This document shows positions 29,805 through 40,536 of a DNA stretch of 64,000 nucleotides, piece after piece. The stretch covers positions 10,471-74,470 of the forward strand of contig JAJRYD010000003.1 of assembly GCA_024275955.1 (NCBI GenBank), read 5' to 3'. Origin of the DNA: Nitrospirota bacterium. GTDB lineage: Bacteria; Nitrospinota_A; UBA7883; JACRGQ01. A model generated the notes under the pieces. It was given only the letters and a program-made list of their open reading frames with translations, made no database searches and was not told the origin of the DNA. Positions within the stretch are counted from its first letter, which is position 1. Each line of letters starts with the position of its first letter. Both the position numbers and the translations under genes were made by a program.

Positions 29805-30275
29805 ATGTCCTCTCATCTTAAAAGAGGGATGAATGCCGCCTACAGGATGTTGGCGTATCGCGACAGGTCTATCCTCGAAATCCGCTCGGCACTTAAAAAA
29901 AAGGATTTCGAACCGGCCACGATTGAAGAGGTTATTGGCGAGCTTACCCGCAAAGGGTACTTAGACGACAAAAAGTTCGCGTCTGTTTACGGACAATCGC
30001 TGGCACGAAGAAAAAATGTGGGGCCGAACTATGTGAATATGCGCCTTCTCGAAAAAGGTGTCGCCGGCGGTACCGCGCTTGAAGCTACCGATAAAATTTT
30101 CGAGAACCATAAAGCGATGGACGAAACTATTAACAGGTGGATAGAAAAAAAGGTTGGGAAAACCAAAAAGAATATCACCCCTGTACAAAAGAAAAAAAAG
30201 GTCTATGATTTTCTTTTGAGAAAAGGTTTTTCCCATAGCGATATTTTTAGGGCGCTGGACAGATGGAATTTTTGA
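29805..30275 (+). CDS. recX: Regulatory protein RecX
   Basis: RDRS..E, GYLDD..FA, LLRKGF; directly after recA. Confidence 0.9.
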   Translation: MSSHLKRGMNAAYRMLAYRDRSILEIRSALKKKDFEPATIEEVIGELTRKGYLDDKKFASVYGQSLARRKNVGPNYVNMRLLEKGVAGGTALEATDKIFENHKAMDETINRWIEKKVGKTKKNITPVQKKKKVYDFLLRKGFSHSDIFRALDRWNF

Positions 30276-31036
30276 CCCCCTTCTTGTTTTACTCAATTTA
30301 CTTCTTTGGAGTGGGGGCATGCGTAGGCTCATTCCTCAACGTCGTCATCTACAGGGTTCCCAAAGGCGAGTCTATAGTCAGGCCAGGCTCTAGGTGCGGT
30401 TCCTGCGGAAAACCTGTCAAACCGTGGAACAATATCCCTATCGTCAGCTATATTCTTTTAGGCGGGAGATGCGCTAAGTGCGGCAAAAAATATTCCGCCC
30501 GCTACATGGCGGTAGAGTTTATAACCGCCGTTCTTTTTACCGCCTGTTTTGTAAAATTCGGCCTCACGGTAGACGCGGTAATCTATATGGCGCTCACCGC
30601 CTCACTCGTAGCTGTTACCTTTATAGACCTTGACCATATGATAATCCCCGATTCGATAACGCTTCCCGGCATACCTCTTGGCTTCCTCTCGTCATGGTTC
30701 TTCTTGCCTACTACGCCGCAGGATGCCTTTCTCGCCTTTCTGATAGGCGGCGGTTTTTTCTACCTTATCGCGGTATTGGTTCCGCATGGAATGGGAGGAG
30801 GAGATATAAAGCTGGTAGCGATGCTCGGTGCGTTTCTGGGGCTAAAAGCGGTCTTCATTACTATCTTTCTAGGCTCGGTCATCGGCTCTATCGGCGGCGG
30901 TATAGGGATAGCGTTTGCCGGAAAAGGCAGAGCGTCTAAAATACCTTTCGGCCCTTACCTAGTAGCCGGAGCGTTAATCGCCGTCTTTTGGGAAAGAGAG
31001 CTGATAAACCTATATCTCGATATTTTCGTTTTCTAG
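30263..31036 (+). CDS. pilD: Prepilin peptidase (A24)
   Basis: GSFLNVVIYR, two CxxC, GMGGGDIKL, IPFGPYL. Confidence 0.93.
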   Translation: MEFLTPFLFYSIYFFGVGACVGSFLNVVIYRVPKGESIVRPGSRCGSCGKPVKPWNNIPIVSYILLGGRCAKCGKKYSARYMAVEFITAVLFTACFVKFGLTVDAVIYMALTASLVAVTFIDLDHMIIPDSITLPGIPLGFLSSWFFLPTTPQDAFLAFLIGGGFFYLIAVLVPHGMGGGDIKLVAMLGAFLGLKAVFITIFLGSVIGSIGGGIGIAFAGKGRASKIPFGPYLVAGALIAVFWERELINLYLDIFVF

Positions 31037-31167
31037 CCGGCAGAAAACGGGGGACGAACCTCCAGTTTTCCAAGCCGATGCCAGAGTATCTTCCGACAGA
31101 CCCAGAGCGGAGCAAAGATACCGCAGGTTGCGCCACCCTATACTCTCTTGCTACTATTTTAGGACAA

Positions 31168-31917
31168 ATGGAAAAAAAGTTATTGCTCGCAACCTTTCTA
31201 TCAATCGTAACAATATCTGCCACATCCTTTGCCGAAATAAGACCGCGCCACAGGTTTGTAGATCTGCATATCGCCGGCTTTAGGGCAGGAGTAGACGAAG
31301 AAGCTAAGGTAATAGAGCTTTACGGCGAGGGGACAACAGACTACCTCGCTCTCGACGTGGAAAACGGCTTTCGTTATTTTTTATCCCACTGCTATTTCTT
31401 TGAAAAGGAAAGCTCATACCTGAAAGTGACAAGCGATATGGAAACCAAGAAAATAACCAAAATAGAGCTTTCCTACCATAACAACGGTGAGCGATGCGAG
31501 AAGATAACCTACTCAAAAAAACTGCTCAAAACAGGAAAGGGAATATATCTTGGAATGAGGTTAAAACAGATACTATTTGCGTATGGACTGCCTCAGCAAA
31601 TGTATATAGAAAAACTGACCCCGGAAGAACTGCTTATATTCGCAAAAAAAAGAGCTATACCGGAAGGGATGAGCGCAAAAGAGTTTGCCGATATACTGAC
31701 AGCAAAAAGAGAAACACCAGTAGGCTTAAGTAAGGGGGAGTTTATCATAGCTTTTGAAAACCCAGAACAGATCCTAGGAATCTACAAAACCGCCGTCTAC
31801 GAATGGCGCACCAACAGCCGCCGCGACCCGGACGTAAGCGGAGACTACTTTGTGGAAGTATACCTTAACAGGGGAAGGCTTATAAAAATCAGCATTCAAG
31901 ACGACCCCGAAAGATAA
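31168..31917 (+). CDS. Hypothetical secreted protein
   Basis: AGGA plus ATG 31168; signal peptide ending SFA; 'TGKGIYLGM..YGLP'. Confidence 0.7.
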   Translation: MEKKLLLATFLSIVTISATSFAEIRPRHRFVDLHIAGFRAGVDEEAKVIELYGEGTTDYLALDVENGFRYFLSHCYFFEKESSYLKVTSDMETKKITKIELSYHNNGERCEKITYSKKLLKTGKGIYLGMRLKQILFAYGLPQQMYIEKLTPEELLIFAKKRAIPEGMSAKEFADILTAKRETPVGLSKGEFIIAFENPEQILGIYKTAVYEWRTNSRRDPDVSGDYFVEVYLNRGRLIKISIQDDPER

Positions 31918-32040
31918 ACAAAAACAGTTAAAAGCCGGTTTCAGAAAAGCGAAGGTGGCGTTAATCCGAAAAGATAATAAAAGCTGGCAAGGTATCTCCG
32001 AGGGTTGGTCGCTAGGATAAGTTGTACAATTAATCAACGG

Positions 32041-32074
32041 GAGATTGCTTCGTCACTTCGCTTCTCGCAATGAC
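32041..32074. repeat. Isolated REP-like palindromic unit
   Basis: GAGATTGCTTCGTCACTTCGCTTCTCGCAATGAC, recalled as a widespread intergenic repeat type; between convergent genes. Confidence 0.5.
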
Positions 32075-32131
32075 ACGTTTTGGAACTGAAAGGACACCTA
32101 TATAGGAGCGGCTCCACGCCCAGCGTGAGGG

Positions 32132-33211
32132 CTAAGCGTTCACACGGAAGTAGATAACATCGCCGTCTTTTACAATATACTCTTTGCCTTCGACGCGCAT
32201 CTTTCCTTTATCTTTCGCGCCTTGCTCTCCGCCACAGGCTACATAATCATCGTACGCGGTAACTTCGGCGCGGATAAAACCTTTTATAAAATCGGTATGT
32301 ATTACCCCTGCCGCTGTCGGCGCCGGCGAATTTTGTACAACTGTCCATGCCCTTACCTCTTTTACCCCCGCGGTAAAAAACGTTACAAGCCCAAGAAGCT
32401 CGTAGCCTTTGTGTATCATCAGGTCAAGGCCGGTATCGGAAAGCCCCATCTCTTTTCTATATTCGTTTCTCTCTTCGGGAGAGAGTTCGGCTATCTCTGC
32501 TTCTACCTGCGCGACGATAGCGATAAAACCTGCGCCCGACTTTTCTGCATGTTCCCGCACCGCCTTTACATGAGGCCCATCCACGTCGGACGCGTCCATC
32601 ATGTTCGCCACATACATTATTTTTTTCGCGGTCAGTAGCGGCATCTCCTTTGCCACATCCTCGCCGCCGGTTTCGATAGCGAGCTTTCCCTCTTCCAAGC
32701 CTTTTGCTATCGGCTCAAGTTTCGCCAAAAGTTTTATATCGTCCTTGTTGCCGGATTTCGCTGTTTTCCTTAATGACCTGATTTTCTTTTCCACGCTGTC
32801 AAGGTCGGCCAGCATCAGCTCGGCCTCTATAATTTCGATATCGCGCAAAGGATTTATTGAACCCATTACATGAGTAATATCGCCAGATTCAAAACAGCGC
32901 ACCAGATGCGCCACGGCATCTACCTGCCGTATATGGCTGAGAAACTTATTGCCAAGACCTTCGCCCTTGCTCGCCCCCTCCACAAGCCCTGCTATATCTA
33001 CAAACTCTATCTGGGTCGGCAATATTCTTTCGGGCTTTACAAACTCAGCAAGCTTTAAGAGCCGTTTATCCGGCACCGGAACTCTGCCGACATTAGGCTC
33101 CACGGTACAAAAAGCAAAGTTGCTCGCCGCCGCGCCGGCAGATGTAAGAGCGTTAAAGAGTGTCGACTTGCCGACGTTTGGAAGGCCGATTATTCCGCAG
33201 TTAAATCCCAT
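32132..33211 (-). CDS. ychF: Ribosome-binding ATPase YchF
   Basis: GLPNVGKST, DIAGLV, GEGLGNKFL, IHTDF..GFIRAE. Confidence 0.97.
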   Translation of the reverse strand: MGFNCGIIGLPNVGKSTLFNALTSAGAAASNFAFCTVEPNVGRVPVPDKRLLKLAEFVKPERILPTQIEFVDIAGLVEGASKGEGLGNKFLSHIRQVDAVAHLVRCFESGDITHVMGSINPLRDIEIIEAELMLADLDSVEKKIRSLRKTAKSGNKDDIKLLAKLEPIAKGLEEGKLAIETGGEDVAKEMPLLTAKKIMYVANMMDASDVDGPHVKAVREHAEKSGAGFIAIVAQVEAEIAELSPEERNEYRKEMGLSDTGLDLMIHKGYELLGLVTFFTAGVKEVRAWTVVQNSPAPTAAGVIHTDFIKGFIRAEVTAYDDYVACGGEQGAKDKGKMRVEGKEYIVKDGDVIYFRVNA

Positions 33212-33258
33212 TTAAGTTTTTATGCCTCTACTTGTTTGTGTCGAGAATACTTAAACCG

Positions 33259-33999
33259 TTAAAAGGCGGAGAGCCGCTCGGCAAAAGCGATTGTTTGCGC
33301 TTTTAAAGGCCCACCGATATCCGATGAAAGCCCTTTTATGACCACTGCTTGAGATTTTAGCTGGCTTGTGAGGATAGAGCTCTCCACTCCGGCAACCTTG
33401 CTCGAAAGCCCGCTCACCGCCTCTTTGAGGCTATCGACACCAGCCGTATTGGTCGAAATCTTTACACCAAGTTTTTCGACCGACAGCTTAGCCGAATCTA
33501 GCCCAGCACCGAGGCTTGCTATCTGCGCCTTCTCGGCAATTACCTGCTGGTTAAGCATGCCTACTTTGGCCGCAAGAGCTAAAACAAGAATAATGGCAAA
33601 CCCAGCAACCACAGTACTCGCTTCGGGCCATTTCCAACCGCCTTTTTCATTTTTGGAATCATTTTTCTTTTTGGCTTGCGGCTTTTTTTGGGCGGCCTCC
33701 TCTTTTTTCATACGCGCCGCCAAAACCTTCTCTGGCGAACTTTCTCTTACCGGCTCCAGCTTAACCGCCTCGGCCAACGCCCCCTGGTGGCTCGGCGCGG
33801 TCGAGATGTGGGCCACCTTTACTCCCGGTTTGGCCGGTTTGCTGGTAGCCGCAATAGGTTTGGAAACCCCGATAATGCCTGGGTCTACATATGTAATAGC
33901 TCTAACCTTTTTAAGCCCTTTTTTCTCTAAAAGCTTTATCAGCTCCTTTGTTGTTATTTTTCTGGCTTTTGCCAGTTCAAACACTCTTATTTTTTTCAT
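33259..33999 (-). CDS. IF2_N-like domain, TM helix, coiled-coil protein
   Basis: 'KIRVFELAK..ITTKELIKLL..G' IF2 N-terminal-like; TM 'TVVAGFAIILVLALAA'; heptad-rich tail. Confidence 0.7.
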   Translation of the reverse strand: MKKIRVFELAKARKITTKELIKLLEKKGLKKVRAITYVDPGIIGVSKPIAATSKPAKPGVKVAHISTAPSHQGALAEAVKLEPVRESSPEKVLAARMKKEEAAQKKPQAKKKNDSKNEKGGWKWPEASTVVAGFAIILVLALAAKVGMLNQQVIAEKAQIASLGAGLDSAKLSVEKLGVKISTNTAGVDSLKEAVSGLSSKVAGVESSILTSQLKSQAVVIKGLSSDIGGPLKAQTIAFAERLSAF

Positions 34000-34142
34000 T
34001 ACGAGACTTATACTATTCTACAAGCAAGCCGATTGGCAAGTGATAGAGGCAAAGCGACAGCTTCATTTGCACGCAGACGCTTCGTTTCCCGCTTGCGCGC
34101 TCTTTTTTTGGCTAAAACATGGTATTCGGGTATAATACGCTG

Positions 34143-35006
34143 ATGCTCAAATTATTGCCATCTGCGCTCGTGGCGGTTGTTATTTTATCTGGTCCGGCAG
34201 TTGCCGGCAAAAGAACTATCGGCGAAGTGGGGCTAGGCAAAAGCCATCTACAGGTTCCCTTACTTGGCGAGGTAAAAAAAACCGACATCCCTGAATCTAT
34301 GTTCTACGAACAGGTCGACGATATAGTTCTGGAAGAAAAGCTTCTTACCGCAGGCTACATCAGCAAAAGCGACCAGCCGTACGGCCGGATTATCGACACC
34401 AACCACAAAGGGAAAGAGCTTTTTGACGGCGATATCGCATATATAAATCGAGGAAGCTCCGATAAGCTGAAAAAAGGAGATACTTTTTTTGTGTACCGGC
34501 GGATGAAAGAGATAATGGCAACTAATGACAAAAAAAAGAAAATTGGAAATCTTATTTCCATAAGAGGCAAGCTTAAGGTAATTGATGTCGGCAATGCCAC
34601 CTCGGCCAAATGTATCGTCACAAAAGCCTACGGCCCGATATTCACCGATGACTTCATAATCCCTCAGTTCAGCATCACTATACCTACGATGGATGAAGAT
34701 AGACCTCTTGAAGATAAATCAATCACCGGAACGATCCTCGCCATAAACGCCACGAACAGGGAGGGGATGGTCGGCGATGTCGTTTACCTCGACGTAGGCA
34801 GAGATGCCGGCGTGGATGAAGGAGATATATTCGGGCTTTATGACATACCTGCCAAAAAAAGCGCGGCAGATAGGCTTGGCTACCGCAAACAGGTAGGCAA
34901 AGCGAGGGTGATTACCGTAAGAGGCGCCACCGCTACCGCAATCATCACATACTGCGTCGAAGAGATTCTCGTAGGGCAAAATGTTGCCTACATACAGGAA
35001 CGCTAG
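34143..35006 (+). CDS. Secreted protein with two FlgT_C-like beta modules
   Basis: Signal peptide; repeated 'GD(I/V).Y(I/L)..G.....GD.F'. Confidence 0.65.
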   Translation: MLKLLPSALVAVVILSGPAVAGKRTIGEVGLGKSHLQVPLLGEVKKTDIPESMFYEQVDDIVLEEKLLTAGYISKSDQPYGRIIDTNHKGKELFDGDIAYINRGSSDKLKKGDTFFVYRRMKEIMATNDKKKKIGNLISIRGKLKVIDVGNATSAKCIVTKAYGPIFTDDFIIPQFSITIPTMDEDRPLEDKSITGTILAINATNREGMVGDVVYLDVGRDAGVDEGDIFGLYDIPAKKSAADRLGYRKQVGKARVITVRGATATAIITYCVEEILVGQNVAYIQER

Positions 35007-35030
35007 CCCATACCAGCCGCGCAGGTTTTA

Positions 35031-36269
35031 ATGCCTGATTCCCAAAAAATCCAAACGGCAAGAATAGTTACCGTCGGCAATGAAATCGTTACAGGAAAAA
35101 TAACCGATTCCAATTCTGCTTTCCTCGCGCGCTTCCTCGTCCGCAGAGGGTACAGTGTTGCCGATATAGTTTCCGTACCCGATAGCGCGAAGGCTATAAG
35201 GTCTGCCGTTAGAAACGCTCTTAAAAAATCAGAGATAGTAATCGTTACCGGCGGGCTTGGGCCGACACATGACGATATAACCAAAGAGGTTATCTGCCGT
35301 ATCTTTAAATGCGAAACAAAATTCGACCCTAAAGTTCGTAAAGAACTTGAAATGATTTTCAAAAAAGCTGGAAAAAAGTTCCCTCAAGCAAGCGCTGATT
35401 ATGCATGGATACCGACAGCGGCTAAACCTGTAAAGAACCGGCTCGGCATAGCTCCGGGGCTTCTTTTTGGAAAAAAACTTCTGCTCCTTCCGGGCGTGCC
35501 GTCAGAAATGAAAGATATGATAAACCTCTCTGGCGATAAACTGGTTCCTCATGGCGGAACTTTTTTTATGGAAAAAGTTCTGCATACCGGCGGAATAGGC
35601 GAAACCTCGCTGATGGAAAAGATGACCAGCCTAAAAGAAGCGCTCAAAACGGTAGATGTAGCTTTTCTTCCCCATACCGGAAGAGTAGACATACAGGTTA
35701 TCGCGTCAGATAAGAAAAAGCGCGAAACATCGGACAAACTACGCAAAGCGGTACAGCTTTTAAAAAAAGATATCAAAGAATATATCTGGGGAAATGACGA
35801 CGAAACTATCGAAGAGGCACTAGGAAAACTTCTTTCCTCTAAACAAAAAACTCTCTCTACCGCGGAGTCGTGTACAGGCGGCGGCATCGGCTCTGCCGTC
35901 ACCTCCGTTTCCGGCAGTAGCAGATATTTTATCGGCGGCGCTATCACATACTCCGATAAGGCAAAAGAAAAGGCGCTTCGCGTTTCACCGGCTGTTATCA
36001 GAAAGTATGGCGCGGTAAGCAAAGAGGTCGCCCTTGCTATGGCAAAAGGCGCGAGGAAAAAATTTAAAACCGACTTTGCCGTTTCAGCCACAGGTGTTGC
36101 CGGCCCTAAAGGCGGAACAAAAGATAAACCTGTAGGGCTTGTCTACATAGCTATCGCCTCATCCAGATGGAATCTATGCAGGGAACTAAGGCTTGGAAAC
36201 AACCGTGAAATGAACCGGCGGAGAACAGTTTTTGAAGCGCTGTACCTGCTTTACAAAAAACTGGCTTAA
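35031..36269 (+). CDS. cinA: CinA/PncC competence-damage protein (NMN deamidase)
   Basis: VGNEI..G, TGGLGPTHDDIT, AESCTGG, YGAVS, TGVAGP. Confidence 0.93.
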   Translation: MPDSQKIQTARIVTVGNEIVTGKITDSNSAFLARFLVRRGYSVADIVSVPDSAKAIRSAVRNALKKSEIVIVTGGLGPTHDDITKEVICRIFKCETKFDPKVRKELEMIFKKAGKKFPQASADYAWIPTAAKPVKNRLGIAPGLLFGKKLLLLPGVPSEMKDMINLSGDKLVPHGGTFFMEKVLHTGGIGETSLMEKMTSLKEALKTVDVAFLPHTGRVDIQVIASDKKKRETSDKLRKAVQLLKKDIKEYIWGNDDETIEEALGKLLSSKQKTLSTAESCTGGGIGSAVTSVSGSSRYFIGGAITYSDKAKEKALRVSPAVIRKYGAVSKEVALAMAKGARKKFKTDFAVSATGVAGPKGGTKDKPVGLVYIAIASSRWNLCRELRLGNNREMNRRRTVFEALYLLYKKLA

Positions 36270-36296
36270 AGCCTGCATCTTTACAGACGGGAACCG

Positions 36297-37397
36297 TCAG
36301 CCCTTTTTTAATAGCTTGGCAAGCTCAAGGATAAATCTTTTATTATCTTCCTTGCGCCCTATGGTAACCCTTATACAGCCCGGCAAACCGTATACATCCA
36401 TCGGTCTCACGACAACACCTTTGGCCATAAGCTGGTTAAACACTTTTCGGCCTTTGCCCACCTTGACGAGTATAAAGTTAGCCTCTGTCGGGTAAAATTC
36501 GATTCCTCTTTTAGCAAGCTCCCTGTAGAGCTGTTTTTTTCCCTGCTGGTTTATCTTTTGCGATTTTTTTATATGACCAACGTCGCCAAGCGCGGCAAGA
36601 GCGCCTGCCTGCGCCAGCATATTTACATTAAACGGCTGACGCACGCGGTTAAGATAATCTATCAGCTCCGGGTTGCCGACAGCATAGCCGATCCTCAGCC
36701 CTGCCAGGCCATACGCTTTTGAAAAAGTTCTTAAGGTTATAATGTTTGAGAACTTTTTTCTCATAGCAATCGTGTCTGGGTAGTCGCGCGCTTCCACGTA
36801 TTCGTAGTACGCTTCGTCCATAACCACGGGAACCTTTGGGATGGAGGTGAGGAATGCGGTCAACTGCTCTTTATTTAAATATGTGCCTGTGGGGTTATTC
36901 GGGTTGGCTATAAACAGTAGCTTGGTTCTCCGGTTAATTAGCTTTGCCATCGCGTTAAGGTCGTGTCCGTAGCCTATAGATTTTGCTTCGCGCACCTCAA
37001 CGCCCATCCCCAGAGCGGCTATCTTATACATTAAAAACGCTTGTTGCGAAATTACGATATTGTCTCCCTGCCTTAAGAGAACACGAAACAAAAGCTCTAT
37101 CATTTCGTTTGAGCCGTTACCTATGACAAGTTCGTTTGGACGTATGCTAAGCTTTTTCGCAAGCTTCTCGTGGAGGTAAAAGCACCCTCCTTCCGGGTAA
37201 AAGTTTACCTTTGCCGCCGCTTTCCTTACGGCGGCAAGCGCTTTTGGAGAAGGGCCAAGCGGGTTCTCGTTGCTTGCCATCTTCACGGAACGCCTGATGC
37301 CAAGCTCCCGCTCCACTTCATCAAGCGGTTTGCCCGGCTCATACGGTTTAAGCGAGCGTATGTAGTCGGGTACCGATTTTCCTAAAAATTCTTTCAC
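36297..37397 (-). CDS. hisC: Histidinol-phosphate aminotransferase
   Basis: YEPGKP, ASNENPLG, NPNNPTG, RTFSKAYGLAGLRIG. Confidence 0.95.
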   Translation of the reverse strand: MKEFLGKSVPDYIRSLKPYEPGKPLDEVERELGIRRSVKMASNENPLGPSPKALAAVRKAAAKVNFYPEGGCFYLHEKLAKKLSIRPNELVIGNGSNEMIELLFRVLLRQGDNIVISQQAFLMYKIAALGMGVEVREAKSIGYGHDLNAMAKLINRRTKLLFIANPNNPTGTYLNKEQLTAFLTSIPKVPVVMDEAYYEYVEARDYPDTIAMRKKFSNIITLRTFSKAYGLAGLRIGYAVGNPELIDYLNRVRQPFNVNMLAQAGALAALGDVGHIKKSQKINQQGKKQLYRELAKRGIEFYPTEANFILVKVGKGRKVFNQLMAKGVVVRPMDVYGLPGCIRVTIGRKEDNKRFILELAKLLKKG

Positions 37398-37401
37398 GGT
37401 T

Positions 37402-38472
37402 TTAAGACTCTATCGGGTACGAACCAAACACCCTTAGCCCTTCAGAATTTTTTTTAGCCTCCTCAAGCGCCGATTCGACTTTTTTGTCCTTGCGGTGTCC
37501 CTCGAAATCTATATAAAAAAGGTACGACCATGCCGAGCGCGGAATCGGTCTTGACGCTATTTTCGTCAGGTTAATCTTTCGTTTATGAAAAATAGATAAA
37601 AGGGAATGCAAAGTACCCGGCTTATTATTAAGCGTGATGGCTGTAGAAGTTTTGTACCTTACTTTCGGGCTTCGCTTTGCATCGCTTTTTGAAAGCACCA
37701 TGAACCTTGTCATGTTATTCGAAAAATCCTGCACATTCTGCGCGAGAACATTAAGGCTGTATATTCTCGCCGCCGACAGGCCGGCAATGGCGGCTGTGGT
37801 TTTGGATTTTCCAGCCATCTTGGCCGCCTCTGCCGTACTCGATGTTTCGACAACTTTGACGCCATGAAGGTTTTTGGCAAGATACCTGCGGCACTGCGCC
37901 AAAGGCTGTGGATGCGAATAAATCTTTTTTATTGAAGAAATTTTTCCAGCGTTGGAAAGTAGGTTCTGGTTGGCCGCTATTGTTTTTTCCGCACATATAT
38001 GAAGTGACGATTCCGACAAAAGGTCGAGCGACAGGTTTACACTTCCCTCTATGGAGTTTTCGATAGGAAGAACGCCGAAGTTCGCGAGTCCTTTTTCAAC
38101 GTTTTCAAAAACCGCCTCCCATCCCGACGCTGGGGAGTAGTCGCACGAAGCTCCAAATTGCGACAGAGCCGCCTCGTGCGTAAATGTTCCCTCTGGGCCG
38201 AGGTACGATATAACCGGCCTCGATTCAAGCGAACGCGAGGCAGAAATAATTTCGGTAAAAATCGCTTTGAGAGAGCTGTCTGGAAGCAGTTTGTTTACCT
38301 TTCGCAGTTTTTCTAAAATAGCTTCTTCTCTTGTCGGGTCGTAAACAGCCTTGCCCGATTTCGACTTGAGCTTGCCGATGTCGATAGCCTCCCGCGCCCG
38401 TTTATTAAGAAGCTCTACTATCTTCCGGTCGATGTCGTCTATTTTTCCGCGACACTGGTCTATCTTTTTCAA
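37402..38472 (-). CDS. pheA: Chorismate mutase/prephenate dehydratase
   Basis: CM N-terminus, LGPEGTF, ENSIEG, SHPQ, TRF, ACT domain. Confidence 0.96.
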   Translation of the reverse strand: MKKIDQCRGKIDDIDRKIVELLNKRAREAIDIGKLKSKSGKAVYDPTREEAILEKLRKVNKLLPDSSLKAIFTEIISASRSLESRPVISYLGPEGTFTHEAALSQFGASCDYSPASGWEAVFENVEKGLANFGVLPIENSIEGSVNLSLDLLSESSLHICAEKTIAANQNLLSNAGKISSIKKIYSHPQPLAQCRRYLAKNLHGVKVVETSSTAEAAKMAGKSKTTAAIAGLSAARIYSLNVLAQNVQDFSNNMTRFMVLSKSDAKRSPKVRYKTSTAITLNNKPGTLHSLLSIFHKRKINLTKIASRPIPRSAWSYLFYIDFEGHRKDKKVESALEEAKKNSEGLRVFGSYPIES

Positions 38473-38631
38473 TTCTCATCTCTCCACAAACAATAGAGGC
38501 TAGTCTATTTTAATAAATCACCGCTTGCAAGCCTTTGCGTGCCGGATGCCGAGAGGTTGCCACCATTCTTGCTGGTTGATAATATACCTGTCTGTCTGCG
38601 GGCTTAATCTGCGGGGGAAGGAAACTCTTTA

Positions 38632-40485
38632 ATGCCTGAAAAGTTTACGAAAGTCCTTATTGTCGGCTCTACTGAAGATCGCTTGCGGGAAATTCTTGAG
38701 ATATTTGAAAGAATGGAGAACGGGCGGTACAACATCGACACCAGCCTAGACGAAAACTGCTCTACCCAAGGTTCGCTGGAAGGTATCAATTACGACGTTG
38801 TCATTTGCGACCACGAAACGCCAAGCATGAACAGCTTGGGGTATCTCAAATACCTTAGGTCTATCGGGTTTACCGCCCCGATACTTATGATTGTGGGTAA
38901 GCAGGACCAAAAGCTCGAATTAAAGGCAAGACAAGCCGGTGTTGACGACTTTCTGGTGAGAGATCAGGTAGAGCCGTTGCTTCTTGACCGTTCTATACGG
39001 TTTGCGATGGAGGCAAAACGGAGCAATGCCGCGCTACTCGCAAGCCATGAGCTTTATAAGGCTCTTGCCAAGTCCAGCCCTATCGGCACATGGCATACAG
39101 ACAAGGGCGGCGAAACACTTTTTATGAACCATATAATGTGCCGGATGCTCCAGATAGAAAGCCAGCAGGAAATAAGCGGGAAAACCTATCACCAGTTTTT
39201 TACAAAAGAGACTCAGAAAAAAATAGAACAAGAAAGCCGCACGCGGGCGGCAGGCACGGTGTCGAGCTATGAAGGTAAGCTGATAGGAAAAAAGGGAAGA
39301 AACCTAGATGTGCTTATTGCCGGCGGGCCTTTTATAACTTCTGACGGACAGTTCAACGGCATTATCGGAACTTTTACAGACATCACCAAAATAAAAGAAG
39401 AGGAGCTTCTCTTATCGGAGGCAAAAGAGCGGGCGGAAGAGGCCACAAAATTAAAGGATAAGTTTGTCTCTCTTGTCGCGCACGACTTGCGCGGCCCGCT
39501 TAGCACGATGCTTTCATATCTACGCCTTGTCCGCAAAGAGCAAGATTTCGATCGCTCCAAAAAAAGCGCCGAGTATATGAAAACCGCCATCAAAACAGGT
39601 CACGGCATGTTGGAGCTTATAAAAAAACTGCTCGATATCAGCCGGTTGAAAACCGGAAAGCTCCAACCGCAGATGAAATTTTTCAATCTCCGGCTACCGA
39701 TGATTAAGGTAGCTTCGGGGCTTGACTATTCGGCAGAAAAAAAAGGAATAACAATTACTAGGGAGATAGCGAAGCATTCCCGAGTGTTTGGCGACCCTGT
39801 CCTTATCGAACAGGTATTGCAAAACCTGCTTTCCAACGCGGTAAAATTCTGCGGCGATGGCGACAACGTTACGATAAACGTTCGGGAAACCGATGTTATA
39901 ACCATCTCCGTTACCGATACCGGAATAGGCATAGAGCCGGAAAGACAAAACACTATCTTTGACTACGAAGCAAAGACTTCCACTACGGGAACGGCGGGAG
40001 AGGTGGGAACCGGCCTGGGCCTTCCACTTTGCAGAGACATAATGCAGGCGCATGACGGAGAGCTGACAATGAAGTCGTCGCCCGGCAATGGCAGTAGTTT
40101 TTGCCTGACACTCCCGATTCGACATCCGCTTGTAATGGTTGTCGAAAGCGATGACGCGCACAGAAAGCTTATCGCGGCATATCTTAAAAAAATAAAGGCC
40201 GATGTAATCGAAGCAGTATCAGGTGATGAGGCGATAAGGATAATGGAAACCGATTCGCCAAGCCTTATTATTCTCGACCAGCATCTTATAGCGTCAGAGG
40301 AAGACCGCTTCATGGAAGAGGTGAGAAAAAACCCTAGCTACAGAAAAATTCCGATAGTAGCTATGACAGGGGGGGATGAAGCCGAAGCGAAAGAAAAAGA
40401 CTATGTAGCAGGCGCGAGCGACTTTATCAAAAAACCATTTGAAGAAAGTGACCTGATTCCGCTGGTACGCCTATATATAGGCTGA
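38632..40485 (+). CDS. Cytoplasmic hybrid histidine kinase REC-PAS-HisKA-HATPase-REC
   Basis: AHDLRGPL, NLLSNAVKF, DTGIG, GTGLGL; receiver domains at both ends. Confidence 0.9.
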   Translation: MPEKFTKVLIVGSTEDRLREILEIFERMENGRYNIDTSLDENCSTQGSLEGINYDVVICDHETPSMNSLGYLKYLRSIGFTAPILMIVGKQDQKLELKARQAGVDDFLVRDQVEPLLLDRSIRFAMEAKRSNAALLASHELYKALAKSSPIGTWHTDKGGETLFMNHIMCRMLQIESQQEISGKTYHQFFTKETQKKIEQESRTRAAGTVSSYEGKLIGKKGRNLDVLIAGGPFITSDGQFNGIIGTFTDITKIKEEELLLSEAKERAEEATKLKDKFVSLVAHDLRGPLSTMLSYLRLVRKEQDFDRSKKSAEYMKTAIKTGHGMLELIKKLLDISRLKTGKLQPQMKFFNLRLPMIKVASGLDYSAEKKGITITREIAKHSRVFGDPVLIEQVLQNLLSNAVKFCGDGDNVTINVRETDVITISVTDTGIGIEPERQNTIFDYEAKTSTTGTAGEVGTGLGLPLCRDIMQAHDGELTMKSSPGNGSSFCLTLPIRHPLVMVVESDDAHRKLIAAYLKKIKADVIEAVSGDEAIRIMETDSPSLIILDQHLIASEEDRFMEEVRKNPSYRKIPIVAMTGGDEAEAKEKDYVAGASDFIKKPFEESDLIPLVRLYIG

Positions 40486-40536
40486 TAAAAACAGGTCGCT
40501 TACGCTCACTGCTACCGAATTATAGTTTCCTCTGTT

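Noticed and set aside
33368-34135. Long antisense ORFs (e.g. 33368-34135, 43644-44333, 35549-36091, 22976-23515)
   Set aside because: Shadows of well-supported genes on the opposite strand
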